Source: Spirochaetota bacterium (GTDB taxonomy: Bacteria; Spirochaetota; UBA4802; JAFGJZ01). Taken from it: a DNA stretch of 64,000 nt. A model generated the notes under the pieces. The model was not told the origin of the DNA, ran no database searches, and saw only the letters and a program-made list of their open reading frames with translations. Below, in pieces: positions 27,873-37,653 of this stretch. The DNA is taken from NCBI GenBank assembly GCA_027858855.1, contig JAQIBV010000021.1, forward strand, positions 2,816-66,815. The letters run 5' to 3'. The translations under genes and the position numbers were made by a program. Position 1 is the stretch's first letter; every line of letters begins with the position of its first letter.

Positions 27873-28757
27873 TTATTTAAGAGAGATAAACTTCCGAACT
27901 TCAGTAATAAACTGTTTGTTGCTTATCATTTCCTGTTCTAGAATATCTCCTTCAACAGGCTCATCAGCCTCGTAAAGAATATGACAATACTTAATAAACT
28001 GGAAGTCATCATCTGTCAAATCATCCACAGCGGCTCCCGCTCTGATTTTAATAATTATGTCCCGTTTCATCTGAAGATCCTGCTCGGTATCAGCCTTGTC
28101 CTTAATTTGCTGATGTTTTTTCTGAACTTCTCCAACAATTCGCGAAACTCTTCCGCGCCTTGCCGACCGCCCCCAAATCAAAAAATAAAACAGAGCAAAG
28201 ATGACTCCTCCAAGATGACCAACATATGATATATTTCCACCAACACGAAACATATAAGAATAGAGGTCATAGGCTACGTATAAAAGTACCATATATTTTG
28301 CACGAACCGGAATTACAAAAAACAGCAGTATTTGAGCATCGGGGTAATAGAAAGCAAATGCGACAAGAACAGCGAAAACTGCCCCAGAGGCACCGAGAGT
28401 AACAGAAAGTTGACCAATGGAAAAATATGTAAAAAGACCAACTAAAAAGATAATCAAACCAGCGCCGATACCACAAAAAAGATAAAAGAAAATAAACTTT
28501 CTTTTACCCATAGCCTCTTCAACCTGCATTCCAAACATAAAAAGAACAAACATATTAAAGAGCAAATGAAAGAAACCGTAGTGAACAAACATATATGTAA
28601 CAATCTGCCAGACAAATCCTTTTTGATAGACTGAAAGAGGGTTAAGAGCTAGGTAATTGGTATAGATGGAAGCACCACCACTAGTTACTAAATATACCAA
28701 AATATTAATTATTGCGATTTTAACTACAACATATGACAAAAGCGGGTTTCGTACCAT
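27873..28757 (-). CDS. rhomboid-family intramembrane serine protease with C-terminal soluble tail
   Basis: GASGAVFAVL (Ser) and HLGGVIFALF (His) in TM helices; AAGGAGAAA SD. Confidence 0.8.
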   Translation of the reverse strand: MVRNPLLSYVVVKIAIINILVYLVTSGGASIYTNYLALNPLSVYQKGFVWQIVTYMFVHYGFFHLLFNMFVLFMFGMQVEEAMGKRKFIFFYLFCGIGAGLIIFLVGLFTYFSIGQLSVTLGASGAVFAVLVAFAFYYPDAQILLFFVIPVRAKYMVLLYVAYDLYSYMFRVGGNISYVGHLGGVIFALFYFLIWGRSARRGRVSRIVGEVQKKHQQIKDKADTEQDLQMKRDIIIKIRAGAAVDDLTDDDFQFIKYCHILYEADEPVEGDILEQEMISNKQFITEVRKFISLK

Positions 28758-28786
28758 TGTTTCTCCTTATTTAGTAACATACAAAT

Positions 28787-29089
28787 CTATGGGAACAGAG
28801 GAACAGTCGGACTATTTAATATCATTATTTTCTTTCGATCATCCTCAATTGATCGCTCATATTGCTCTTTTGTCTCTCGTTGATAATAATCTCTTCGAAG
28901 CGGTTGAATATTCTCGATAGATTTTCGGTCCATAACTTCTTCTGTTCCTATAAGATCTTCCGACCCCTTCAACTGGAAAAGATCATCCGAGTCTGATAAT
29001 TTTATAATATCCAACATAAAAACAGTACATGACGTTAAAAGCAGCCCTCCTGCTATCAACAGCATCAGAGTATAACTGTTTTTTTTCAT
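28787..29089 (-). CDS. small hypothetical lipoprotein
   Basis: MKKNSYTLMLLIAGGLLLTSC lipobox from internal ATG; charged C-terminal tail. Confidence 0.45.
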   Translation of the reverse strand: MKKNSYTLMLLIAGGLLLTSCTVFMLDIIKLSDSDDLFQLKGSEDLIGTEEVMDRKSIENIQPLRRDYYQRETKEQYERSIEDDRKKIMILNSPTVPLFP

Positions 29090-29229
29090 CACACATCCTG
29101 GATCATAAGAAATAATTTCATGAACCTTTAATAGCCTATGACAAACTATTATGAACAAACTTATATTAAGAACCGGACATTAATTACAACTTCATTATAT
29201 GAAATGAAACTGAAAAGATTACCCGATTA

Positions 29230-30099
29230 CTAAAGTCCAAAACTATCTCCGACCTCTTCATCATGCTGCATCAATCGTTCAATTACTTCATTAGTAACGC
29301 TGTAACTCTTTCCATTGAAAGAAAGCTCATCTTTCTTAATATTTAAAAATGTTCCTTCAAAATAGATGCGCACAGACTCTTTCAAAGTATCAACAGATTC
29401 AACACTGTATTCCTGATTTTTGATTTTTATCTTAGTTCCATATTGTGGTAGCTCACTATTAAGTAAATTATATACTTCATACTCATAATCAAGACAACAA
29501 AGCAGTCTTCCGCAGGTTCCCGATATTTTGAGAGAATTAAGATTCAAATTCTGTTCTTTTGCCATTTTAATTGAAACCGGAGCGAAATTTCCCTGAAACT
29601 TAGTACAGCAAAGAGAACGGCCACATGGTCCAAACCCACCAACCATTCGTGATTCATCACGTACTCCAATCTGTCGCATCTCAATACGTGTTCGGTAAAC
29701 TGACGCAAGATCCCGTACAAGCTCGCGAAAATCAATTCGGTTTTCTGCAACAAAATAGAAAATAATCTTAGTTTTGTCAAAAATTGATTTAACATTCACA
29801 AGCTTCATATCAAGCTTCTTTTCTTTTGCTTTTAACTTACAGCTCTCAAAGGCCTTCTGTTCCATCTCTTCAATTTTAGGAAGCTCTTGAAAATCACTCT
29901 TATCTGCTACGCGTAAAACCCTGCCCTTGACGTGGTTGGGGTCGATATCTATTCGACTACGGATTTCAAGCACAGTTCCCATATCCGTTCCATGCTCAGT
30001 TTCGGCGATACATACACTACCAGCCTTCAAGAAGATGTTGTTGGAGTGAACAAATTCAATAACATCATTTTTTCTCATTTTAAGACATGTATATTCCAT
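29230..30099 (-). CDS. ricT: PSP1 C-terminal domain protein (RicT/YaaT-like)
   Basis: PSP1 domain; conserved position downstream of holB. Confidence 0.8.
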   Translation of the reverse strand: MEYTCLKMRKNDVIEFVHSNNIFLKAGSVCIAETEHGTDMGTVLEIRSRIDIDPNHVKGRVLRVADKSDFQELPKIEEMEQKAFESCKLKAKEKKLDMKLVNVKSIFDKTKIIFYFVAENRIDFRELVRDLASVYRTRIEMRQIGVRDESRMVGGFGPCGRSLCCTKFQGNFAPVSIKMAKEQNLNLNSLKISGTCGRLLCCLDYEYEVYNLLNSELPQYGTKIKIKNQEYSVESVDTLKESVRIYFEGTFLNIKKDELSFNGKSYSVTNEVIERLMQHDEEVGDSFGL

Positions 30100-30261
30100 T
30101 AAATTAATCCTCTAATTCAAGTAACTGACTGACTAATCGACTATAAAAGTGCTATTCAATCGATGCCAATATACAGCCACCATTTACTTATGCAAAATAT
30201 TGACTTACCTAATGATTGTAAGCATGTAAACAGGAATGTGTTCAAACTTCCTGGTGGTATC

Positions 30262-31230
30262 CTATATTCCTAGAGATTCCACTAATTCATACAGTGCTGC
30301 TTTAAGTGCATATTTACTATTTGTGTTAAATCTTTGTTCGTTTTTGACAATTATAAGTCTTTTTAAGAGTTTATGGAGCAGGTCATAGTCGTCAATATAT
30401 AATTTTTCAAGAAACCTATTATACTGCAACTCTTCCGAAATTACAAGCCTCATATTATAATGGTAGAGGTTTATCAAAATATCGTATAAGGAAAAATTAC
30501 TTACTAATTTCTCATATTTGGATAAATCTTCTGAGAAATTTCTACCCGATATGAGAGTCTCCTTAATAGCATGAGCAATAGTTAATACAGAGGCAAGAAT
30601 ATCATTATTCAGAAGTTCCTGTGTTATAGAAACTGACCCGCCAGAAGCTATGAGAGCGAGATCTTCAAGAGAATGATGCTCAGGAGAAATATTAAGAATC
30701 TGCACTATCTGTTCATACTGAAGAGGATAAAAATCTAAACAGAGAGAACGTGACAAAACAGTAGAAAGAACTTTTGTTTTAGATGACGCTATCAGAATTA
30801 CTATGACCCCCTCTCCGGGTTCTTCAACAGTTTTAAGCAGAATATTCTGTCCCGATTCACTAATTCGATCAACACCATCAATAATCGCTATATAGCGATC
30901 TGATATTGCTTTTTCAGTTAATCGATGAGTAAACCAACGTACGGTTCCCTCTTCCTCATCCGAGCCAACGGCTATCTTTCCATTTTCATCAGGTTGAAGA
31001 GAAATAAAATCCTGAAAAGATCCGCTTAAAAAGGAGTGGCAGGGCGAGCAGACGCCACAAGGTTTCGACTCCCCTTTTTTACAAATCAGAAGTTGTGCAA
31101 AATAATCGGCAACCTTTCTTTTTCCTATACCAGAAGGCCCGGCAAAAAGAAAAGTCTGTGGAAGACGTGAAGATGCGGACAACGCAACCAATCTGGAGAT
31201 CTGAACCGAATGACCAACTATATCACTCAA
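30262..31230 (-). CDS. holB: DNA polymerase III subunit delta'
   Basis: AAA+ clamp-loader fold, P-loop FAGPSGIGKRKVA; TTG start with AGGT SD. Confidence 0.8.
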   Translation of the reverse strand: MSDIVGHSVQISRLVALSASSRLPQTFLFAGPSGIGKRKVADYFAQLLICKKGESKPCGVCSPCHSFLSGSFQDFISLQPDENGKIAVGSDEEEGTVRWFTHRLTEKAISDRYIAIIDGVDRISESGQNILLKTVEEPGEGVIVILIASSKTKVLSTVLSRSLCLDFYPLQYEQIVQILNISPEHHSLEDLALIASGGSVSITQELLNNDILASVLTIAHAIKETLISGRNFSEDLSKYEKLVSNFSLYDILINLYHYNMRLVISEELQYNRFLEKLYIDDYDLLHKLLKRLIIVKNEQRFNTNSKYALKAALYELVESLGI

Positions 31231-31428
31231 AATTACCTGCTTTTTCCTATTCGAGGGTATTTCGTAAACCTCTTTTAAAATTTCATTCTGATAGAATAAA
31301 CTAATATATTTCTAAAAATTCTGTCTTGATCAACATATTTGCTTAAAACCATTGAATGAGAAAGTGACAAGACTTCCGATAAAACCAGTATTTACAAAAT
31401 GTACAGGACTGATTTTGAAAAAAACTCT

Positions 31429-31875
31429 TTACTGTATAAGATCAAAAATAAGTCCGCGAATCTCTTCACACTCTTTAACCAGAGAAAAAGCCTTGTTATC
31501 AGAAGATGTAATTGAAACTGCCAACCGATACAGTTTTTCATTAATCTCTTTGACAATAAAAAAGTCGGCACGATTAGCATTGCGAGCTCTTCGATAGGTA
31601 CGGGTCTCAAAACCATCACGAGTAATCAGCTCAAGAATTTTCTGAACAGTCTTTTTGTACTTTTGAAGATCTGCCAGAGTCTGATTATCAAGCAAATTCC
31701 GCTCCTGGCCATTTAAATCATCCATAAGAGCTTCTATTGAATTACTATACTCTGTTTCAACAGTATCGTCAAGCATAGAAGAGAAACTGGAACCTGTTAC
31801 AGCAGTACCATCTTTTCCCTTTTTTTTTGATTTAATACGATCCTTATCAAAAGGAAATACCGGACCAATTCTCAT
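31429..31875 (-). CDS. YaaR-like DUF327 protein
   Basis: Similarity to B. subtilis YaaR (TLADLQKYKKTVQKIL, VKEINEKLYRLAV); yaaR-holB-ricT order conserved. Confidence 0.7.
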   Translation of the reverse strand: MRIGPVFPFDKDRIKSKKKGKDGTAVTGSSFSSMLDDTVETEYSNSIEALMDDLNGQERNLLDNQTLADLQKYKKTVQKILELITRDGFETRTYRRARNANRADFFIVKEINEKLYRLAVSITSSDNKAFSLVKECEEIRGLIFDLIQ

Positions 31876-32232
31876 CTATTTATCCGGTCGTTTATTTATT
31901 GTACATTTTCCGTCAAGCTTTACTCCATCCTCCATAATCAGGCTGGGAGTAATAATACTTCCGCTAACATTTCCACTTGAAAGCAATACTACTTTTTCAG
32001 TAGCATAGATGTTCCCTTTAACAGACCCGCCGACAACAACAATACTTGCTTCGATGTCTGTAACCGCCTCGCCACCTTTTCCAACCAGAACCTTGCCATT
32101 TGTCTCTATGGTTCCGGTAAACTTTCCATCTATTCGCAGCAATCCGTTTATCTTAAATTCGCCTTTAAATTCAGCGCCCTCCCCAATAATGGAGTTGACA
32201 ATGGTATCTTCCTGGATACTTGTTCGAACCAT
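31876..32232 (-). CDS. bactofilin (DUF583) cytoskeletal protein
   Basis: Beta-helical repeat signature; ATG at 32232 with AAGAGGT SD preferred over TTG at 32292. Confidence 0.8.
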   Translation of the reverse strand: MVRTSIQEDTIVNSIIGEGAEFKGEFKINGLLRIDGKFTGTIETNGKVLVGKGGEAVTDIEASIVVVGGSVKGNIYATEKVVLLSSGNVSGSIITPSLIMEDGVKLDGKCTINKRPDK

Positions 32233-32316
32233 ATGACCTCTTACTGTACAAAAATTACTCAACAGTAGAGTAATATTCATAAAAGCGGTCAAGTATAAAA
32301 AATGATAGTAATAAGC

Positions 32317-32461
32317 AGAAATTTTTGCGCTATCTCTAAAGCGAAAAATTTCTGCGGTTTTTCGAGCTTGCGAGAAAAATTATCCTTACAATCAGAATTT
32401 TTGCGCTATCTTCAAAGCGAAAAATTTCTGCGCTTTTTCGAGCCTGCGAGAAAAATTATCC
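32317..32461 (+). repeat. two tandem ~68-bp direct repeats (period 77), each an imperfect 16-bp-stem hairpin followed by a U-tract
   Basis: Copy 1 32317-32385, copy 2 32394-32461, about 90% identical; arms gcagaaatttttgcgct / agcgaaaaatttctgc; followed by gguuuuucg / cuuuuucg. Confidence 0.7.
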
Positions 32462-32484
32462 TAAAACAAAATAGTGAGGACTTC

Positions 32485-33444
32485 ATGAAGAAATTACTTG
32501 TATTACCTTTAATCGCAATGACTCTGTACAGCTGTATTTCAATTCCCTTTTCGGGGCGAATGGAACCTCTCTCAGAGATAGAACTTCAGAAAGGTTCAAA
32601 TAATAAAATTCTGGTTATTAATATTTACGGAACAATTCAGGATTCAGAAAAGAAAGGGTCACTAATGGGTCCGGCTGAAATGAACATCAGCGCCCGAATC
32701 AGCGAAGAACTAGAAAAGGCAGCAGAGGATTCATCGATTAAAGCAATTATATTGCGTATTGACTCACCAGGAGGATCCGTTACAACCTGTGATATAATCC
32801 ATAATCTGATTATTGAACACAAAAAAAAGTATGGAACCTATGTAGTTGCCCACATGGGAAGCGTCGCCGCATCCGGAGGATATTATCTTTCAGTCACAGC
32901 AGACAGGATTATCGCACACCCGACGACTGTTACAGGCAGTATTGGTGTAGTTGCCGTAATGGTAAACATTGAAGGATTACTTGAAAAAATCGGTGTAGCA
33001 GATCAGACGTTAAAATCAGGTGCCGCAAAAACAATGGGTTCGCCTCTGCATCGCATGACCAAAACTGAAAGACATCTTTTTCAAAAAATAATTGATGCGA
33101 TGTATGAAAGATTTATTTCTGTTATTCTTGAGAGTCGCAGTTCAATGACTCCCGAATCATTACTTGCTATTGCAGATGGAAGGGTCATGATTGCCAATGA
33201 TGCACTAGAAAGTGGCCTAATTGATCAGATCGGATACTGGCAAACCGCTATAAACACAGCTGCAAAAGGTGCGGGAATTTCAGATCCGACAGTAATAACA
33301 TACCGTCGTCCAGGCGAATATCATCCTAATGCATTTACAATAGAAAATCGCAAACAACAACCCAATTTCAGCCTTATACCGGTTGACAGTTCGCTCTTTT
33401 TTAATAAATATGGTGTATCGTTTATGTATTTATGGAAAATGTAA
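32485..33444 (+). CDS. sppA: signal peptide peptidase SppA (36K type) lipoprotein
   Basis: Lipobox MKKLLVLPLIAMTLYSC after AGTGAGGA SD; ILRIDSPGGSV and SVAASGGYYLS (Ser nucleophile) motifs. ORF-track N-terminus (32302) is translation of the repeat and rejected. Confidence 0.85.
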   Translation: MKKLLVLPLIAMTLYSCISIPFSGRMEPLSEIELQKGSNNKILVINIYGTIQDSEKKGSLMGPAEMNISARISEELEKAAEDSSIKAIILRIDSPGGSVTTCDIIHNLIIEHKKKYGTYVVAHMGSVAASGGYYLSVTADRIIAHPTTVTGSIGVVAVMVNIEGLLEKIGVADQTLKSGAAKTMGSPLHRMTKTERHLFQKIIDAMYERFISVILESRSSMTPESLLAIADGRVMIANDALESGLIDQIGYWQTAINTAAKGAGISDPTVITYRRPGEYHPNAFTIENRKQQPNFSLIPVDSSLFFNKYGVSFMYLWKM

Positions 33445-33562
33445 ATAAAAGGGAGCTTCGGAAAATTACAATATTTCAAAAGGCAACAATGTTTAAGTGT
33501 TTCTTTTAAAATACTTTTTCGCAAGTTCCTTGATAAAAGTAAATATTAGAGGTTCCTAAAAG

Positions 33563-33592
33563 AAAACGGGATGACGCATCCCGTTTTCTTTG
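33563..33592 (+). terminator. rho-independent terminator after sppA (gaaaacgggatg/catcccgttttc stem)
   Basis: Seen directly. Confidence 0.7.
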
Positions 33593-33690
33593 AAATATTA
33601 TGTATTCCTTTTCAAGAAACCGGAACACAAAGGAGTATGAGTTTCTACTTTATTTGTATCGGCACTAACAGGAAAATATTAAGTACTTTT

Positions 33691-34698
33691 ATGGCACAAT
33701 TTGAAAAAATTCAAAACTCCGCACAACTCATGTCGGCATACCGATCCAAACGCCCTCAAGGCACCTTTCTTTTGCTTGGTGAAGAACGAGCTGAAAAAGA
33801 GAAATGCATAGATCTGTTTAAAAAAAACTTCTTCATTGACAAACCGAATTTTCAGGTTTTCCACTGCGAATCTGATGACTTTCTAAGGGGAGCCGAATTT
33901 GTATTATCAGGTGACATGTTCAGCTCTGAAAAAGCCGCTGTATTCAAAAACATAGATGCTATATTAAAAAAGAAGAGCAACCTTTCTGTTTTAAGCGATA
34001 TTTTAGCAGTAGCATCAGAATCGGTGCTGGTTATTCTTGAAATGACATCTAATAAAGCACCAGCAACATTGACAAAACTGGGTATCCCCTTTGAAGCAGC
34101 CATTTTCTGGAAGAAATTTGAAAGCGACCTTGCTGATTACATTGTATCTGCTCTGAAAAAAGAGGGTAAAACCATAGACCATAGCAGCACAACACTTATT
34201 CTTGCTCTCTGTGGAAGGAATATGGCTGTTATTGATGACGCTTTAAAGAATATTATTTTCGGAACCGAACAAAAGAGTATTGGCACGGAAGAGATTAAAC
34301 ATTTGATACAGGATAATCGCGCTGTCTCGATTTTTGAATGTATCGACACTCTATTCCAGAAAGATAAAAACAGTATTTCTGCAATTCAACGGACTATTGA
34401 CAATGGAACACATGAACTTGTAATTATCAGCATGATCTTTTCTCGGCTTGTTCAAATGGATAACTGGTTTCAAATGAAGAAGGACGGTATTCCTCGCTCT
34501 GAAATACTATCTTCGCTTTCCATAGCGCCGAAACAGCATGCTTTCTTCGAAACGAGTGTTAGAAAATTTTCACACAGATCTGTTCGTGACTGCCTGATTC
34601 AGCTGCAGAAAACAGAAAAAAAACTAAAATCCTCTGCCACAACAAAAAACATACTTGCAAATCATCTCATGGATCTGCTATATTTCCTTATTAAATAA
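33691..34698 (+). CDS. holA: DNA polymerase III subunit delta (probable)
   Basis: 335 aa from internal ATG; clamp-loader delta-like helical architecture; weak primary similarity. Confidence 0.55.
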   Translation: MAQFEKIQNSAQLMSAYRSKRPQGTFLLLGEERAEKEKCIDLFKKNFFIDKPNFQVFHCESDDFLRGAEFVLSGDMFSSEKAAVFKNIDAILKKKSNLSVLSDILAVASESVLVILEMTSNKAPATLTKLGIPFEAAIFWKKFESDLADYIVSALKKEGKTIDHSSTTLILALCGRNMAVIDDALKNIIFGTEQKSIGTEEIKHLIQDNRAVSIFECIDTLFQKDKNSISAIQRTIDNGTHELVIISMIFSRLVQMDNWFQMKKDGIPRSEILSSLSIAPKQHAFFETSVRKFSHRSVRDCLIQLQKTEKKLKSSATTKNILANHLMDLLYFLIK

Positions 34699-34781
34699 CA
34701 GTTTTCTCAGTAATGCTTTTTAACATCCGAATTTGAACCTATGAACTACCGCTCTATACTGATAGTTCTTTAATAATTTAT

Positions 34782-37523
34782 ATGAAAAGTGGCAAAGTGG
34801 ATACATCGATACTTGAAAAAAACAGAAGAGCATATCTTCTTTTCAATGACAAAAAAGTTGAGCGATTCAAGGCTCTTTTACCCTCTTCAAATATTATACG
34901 CATACTTGACTCTATGCTTTTCCTGCTACACACTAACCAAAACCGCCTGCCCGGATTTATCAATGAATTTACACCTCACGGTATTCACGGCTTTTCTCAG
35001 GAGGAAAGTACTGAAAAATATTTAAAAAGTCTTTTCCCTACTGTCTCTTTCAAGGACAAACCCGAAAAGTTTTTTATTCAGAGTGTCGCTCTGATCGGCA
35101 GTGCCGGAACAATTGCCTACAACAAAAAATCTGATTTTGACTTCTGGATCTGTATAGATAAAACTGAAGTCCCTGAAAACCGCTTATTGCAATTTCGCAA
35201 AAAAGTTCAGATCATTCAAGCCTGGGCCGAGCATCAACTTGGTCTTGAGGTTCACCTATTTATAAACGATATAAACGAATTGAAAAAAAATATTTTTGAC
35301 GAAGATGAAGAAGAGGCTTTTGGTTCAACTCTAGGAGCATTATTAAAAGATGAATTTTACCGTAGCTCAATTACAATTGCGGGGAAAGTGCCATTCTGGT
35401 GGGCTGTTCCGTTAGAAACTGATGATAAGGCATATCAGAAATTATTTGACTCTATAGATCCGTCGGAACGTAAAGAAAAATATATCGACATTGGCAATCT
35501 TCATAATATCACAAAAGATGATTTTATCGGTGCAGCACTTTTTCAGATTGTTAAATCACTGGGAAATCCATTTAAATCTATATTAAAACTTGGTGTGCTT
35601 GAAAAATACCTTCTGGAAAGTGATACTGTTGAGCTTATCAGTCATAAACTAAAAAAGATGGTGCTGGCCGGTAAACTCTCGAACACCATACTGGACTCGT
35701 ATCTACTTATGTTTTATGAAGTTTTTCAATACTATAGCAAAACGCTTACTGATAAATCAGCTCTTAAAATTCTAAAAATTAACCTCTATCTTAAAATAAA
35801 TCCTTCTCTATCCAAATACACCTCTTTCAAAGACAGCTCTCGCTTACCATACAAAGTTCTGGAAATGCATAAATATACACGACACTGGAAATGGAACAAT
35901 GCCGTTCTTGAAGATCTCGATTCCTTCATGAACTGGGATTTTGTTAAAGTAACAAAATTCTGGAACGAAGTTCGCAGATTCATGCTTATTAGCTATCAAA
36001 AAATATCTCGCCAGTTTGTTAACTTCGATCTAAAGTCAAAGATATCTGAATCTGACTATAAACTACTTAGTCGCAAAATAAGGGGATACTTCTCTTTTTC
36101 AAAGGACAAAATAGAAAGATATATTTCCTTCACAGATACCTCATGTGAATCATACCTGTATGTGGATGCATACAAAGACAAAGACGGAAACATAATGTGG
36201 CGCTTGTATAAAAAAGTCGGGGAGCAGGCAAATTCTCAGACCAATGTTGTTTTACGTATCGAGGCTTCACTTATTCGCTTGCTGGCATGGTCCGCAATAA
36301 ATGGTCTTTACCAGAGTGGCGTTACAAAAATCAACATGATTAATACACAAAACAATACAAACACTGAAACGATTGAATTAATAAACCTCATGTCAAATCT
36401 CTTCACCAGCAAGGAGCTGAAAGCAAAAAACAGCTACTACTTACATGAGGCTTTTCCCTTGAAAAATCTGATTGTAATTAACTTTTTCATAAAACAGAAA
36501 ACTTCAATTATAACAGTTGATCACCTATACCACTCTTCGTGGGGTGAATCGTTTCATCACCACTACACCTCCCCCGAATCGGTAATCGACATTCTTTTTT
36601 CAATAATTAGTGGGGGGGTTAATCACAAACACTCCTTCGACAACTACTGCTCATTCTATGCGGATGATGACTATAAACAGATTGTAAAACATATTTATCA
36701 GCTTTTCAAACGTGCCTATTCTCAAATTGTTTTAACTAAAACCAAAAATGCTCGTTTTATTTCCAAAGTATCTAACTCATATGTAATTATAACCCGCAAA
36801 GGTTCAACCGTGTTCACTCAGAAGTGTGACTCAATTACCCACTTCTACTCCTCAATCTCAGGATCACCAGTTAAGGAAATAGCAACTGCGATTGACCCTC
36901 AAGAAGATGTATATCTGGAAAAGTTAAATTATCTGCTTAATAATGCTGAACACGAAAAAATATCTATTTTTTACGAAACTATCGGATCAATTTCATTTAT
37001 TTATATTTTTAATGAGGAAAAAAACATTTTTGCAGTTATTAAACCTGCGTCAGAGCTGAATAAATATCTTTCTCATATATATCACTTCCTGCATAGCGCT
37101 ATAAGTAATCTGAAAATTATTAATCCTTTCGCCTATATTGATGAAAAATCTCTCTCAATAAAAGAGCTGGTTACTGCGAAGAATGGGACCTTTCAAATTA
37201 AGTCTGACCACAAACCACTTACACTTGCTCCTCCATCTACACGTGCTTATCGTCTTATCTGCTGCAAAAACGGATCATACAAGCTGGGTCTTCCTGACGG
37301 AACCGCTACAAAGGCTGCAACACTTAATGATGTAGTTTACGTGTGTATCAATAATGCTGTTAAGGAAAGCAGCCTCTTTTCTCAACTTGGAATTAACCTT
37401 ATACAATCCGTTGATCTTGAAGGCTTTGCGCACAATGCAGCAATGACATCCAACCTCTTTTTCAGAGAGAAGTTTCGTGTTGATTCTGCATTAGAATCGA
37501 CTTTCAAATCTCTTCGCTCTTAA
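34782..37523 (+). CDS. cyaA: class I adenylate cyclase (enterobacterial CyaA type)
   Basis: 913 aa; catalytic region GSAGTIAYNKKSDFDFWICIDKTEVPENRLLQFRKKVQIIQAWAEHQLGLEVHLFINDINE aligns with E. coli CyaA [59 protein letters not shown]; further matches YRSSITIAGKVPFWW and GAALFQIVKSLGNPFKSILKLGVLEKY. Confidence 0.85.
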   Translation: MKSGKVDTSILEKNRRAYLLFNDKKVERFKALLPSSNIIRILDSMLFLLHTNQNRLPGFINEFTPHGIHGFSQEESTEKYLKSLFPTVSFKDKPEKFFIQSVALIGSAGTIAYNKKSDFDFWICIDKTEVPENRLLQFRKKVQIIQAWAEHQLGLEVHLFINDINELKKNIFDEDEEEAFGSTLGALLKDEFYRSSITIAGKVPFWWAVPLETDDKAYQKLFDSIDPSERKEKYIDIGNLHNITKDDFIGAALFQIVKSLGNPFKSILKLGVLEKYLLESDTVELISHKLKKMVLAGKLSNTILDSYLLMFYEVFQYYSKTLTDKSALKILKINLYLKINPSLSKYTSFKDSSRLPYKVLEMHKYTRHWKWNNAVLEDLDSFMNWDFVKVTKFWNEVRRFMLISYQKISRQFVNFDLKSKISESDYKLLSRKIRGYFSFSKDKIERYISFTDTSCESYLYVDAYKDKDGNIMWRLYKKVGEQANSQTNVVLRIEASLIRLLAWSAINGLYQSGVTKINMINTQNNTNTETIELINLMSNLFTSKELKAKNSYYLHEAFPLKNLIVINFFIKQKTSIITVDHLYHSSWGESFHHHYTSPESVIDILFSIISGGVNHKHSFDNYCSFYADDDYKQIVKHIYQLFKRAYSQIVLTKTKNARFISKVSNSYVIITRKGSTVFTQKCDSITHFYSSISGSPVKEIATAIDPQEDVYLEKLNYLLNNAEHEKISIFYETIGSISFIYIFNEEKNIFAVIKPASELNKYLSHIYHFLHSAISNLKIINPFAYIDEKSLSIKELVTAKNGTFQIKSDHKPLTLAPPSTRAYRLICCKNGSYKLGLPDGTATKAATLNDVVYVCINNAVKESSLFSQLGINLIQSVDLEGFAHNAAMTSNLFFREKFRVDSALESTFKSLRS

Positions 37524-37566
37524 AGAGATAGCGAAATAGCGAAGTGCTACTTCATTTTTTGTTAAA

Positions 37567-37601
37567 TTGTAGAACTTCACAGTGTTTAGTTCTACAATTT
37601 T
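37567..37601. terminator. 9-bp stem hairpin (ttgtagaac...gttctacaa) between convergent cyaA and response-regulator genes; likely bidirectional terminator
   Basis: Seen directly; preceded by gaagtgctacttc+T6 mini-hairpin at about 37541-37560. Confidence 0.5.
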
Positions 37602-37653
37602 GATAGATTTTTCAGAGCCCCGTACACGATAGGATCGTTACTGAATGCTCTTC

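Noticed and set aside
32302-32484. N-terminal 61 residues of ORF-track sppA (MIVISRNFCAISKAKNFCGF...)
   Set aside because: This is a translation of the tandem hairpin repeat; real start is the ATG at 32485 preceded by an SD and followed by a lipoprotein signal peptide
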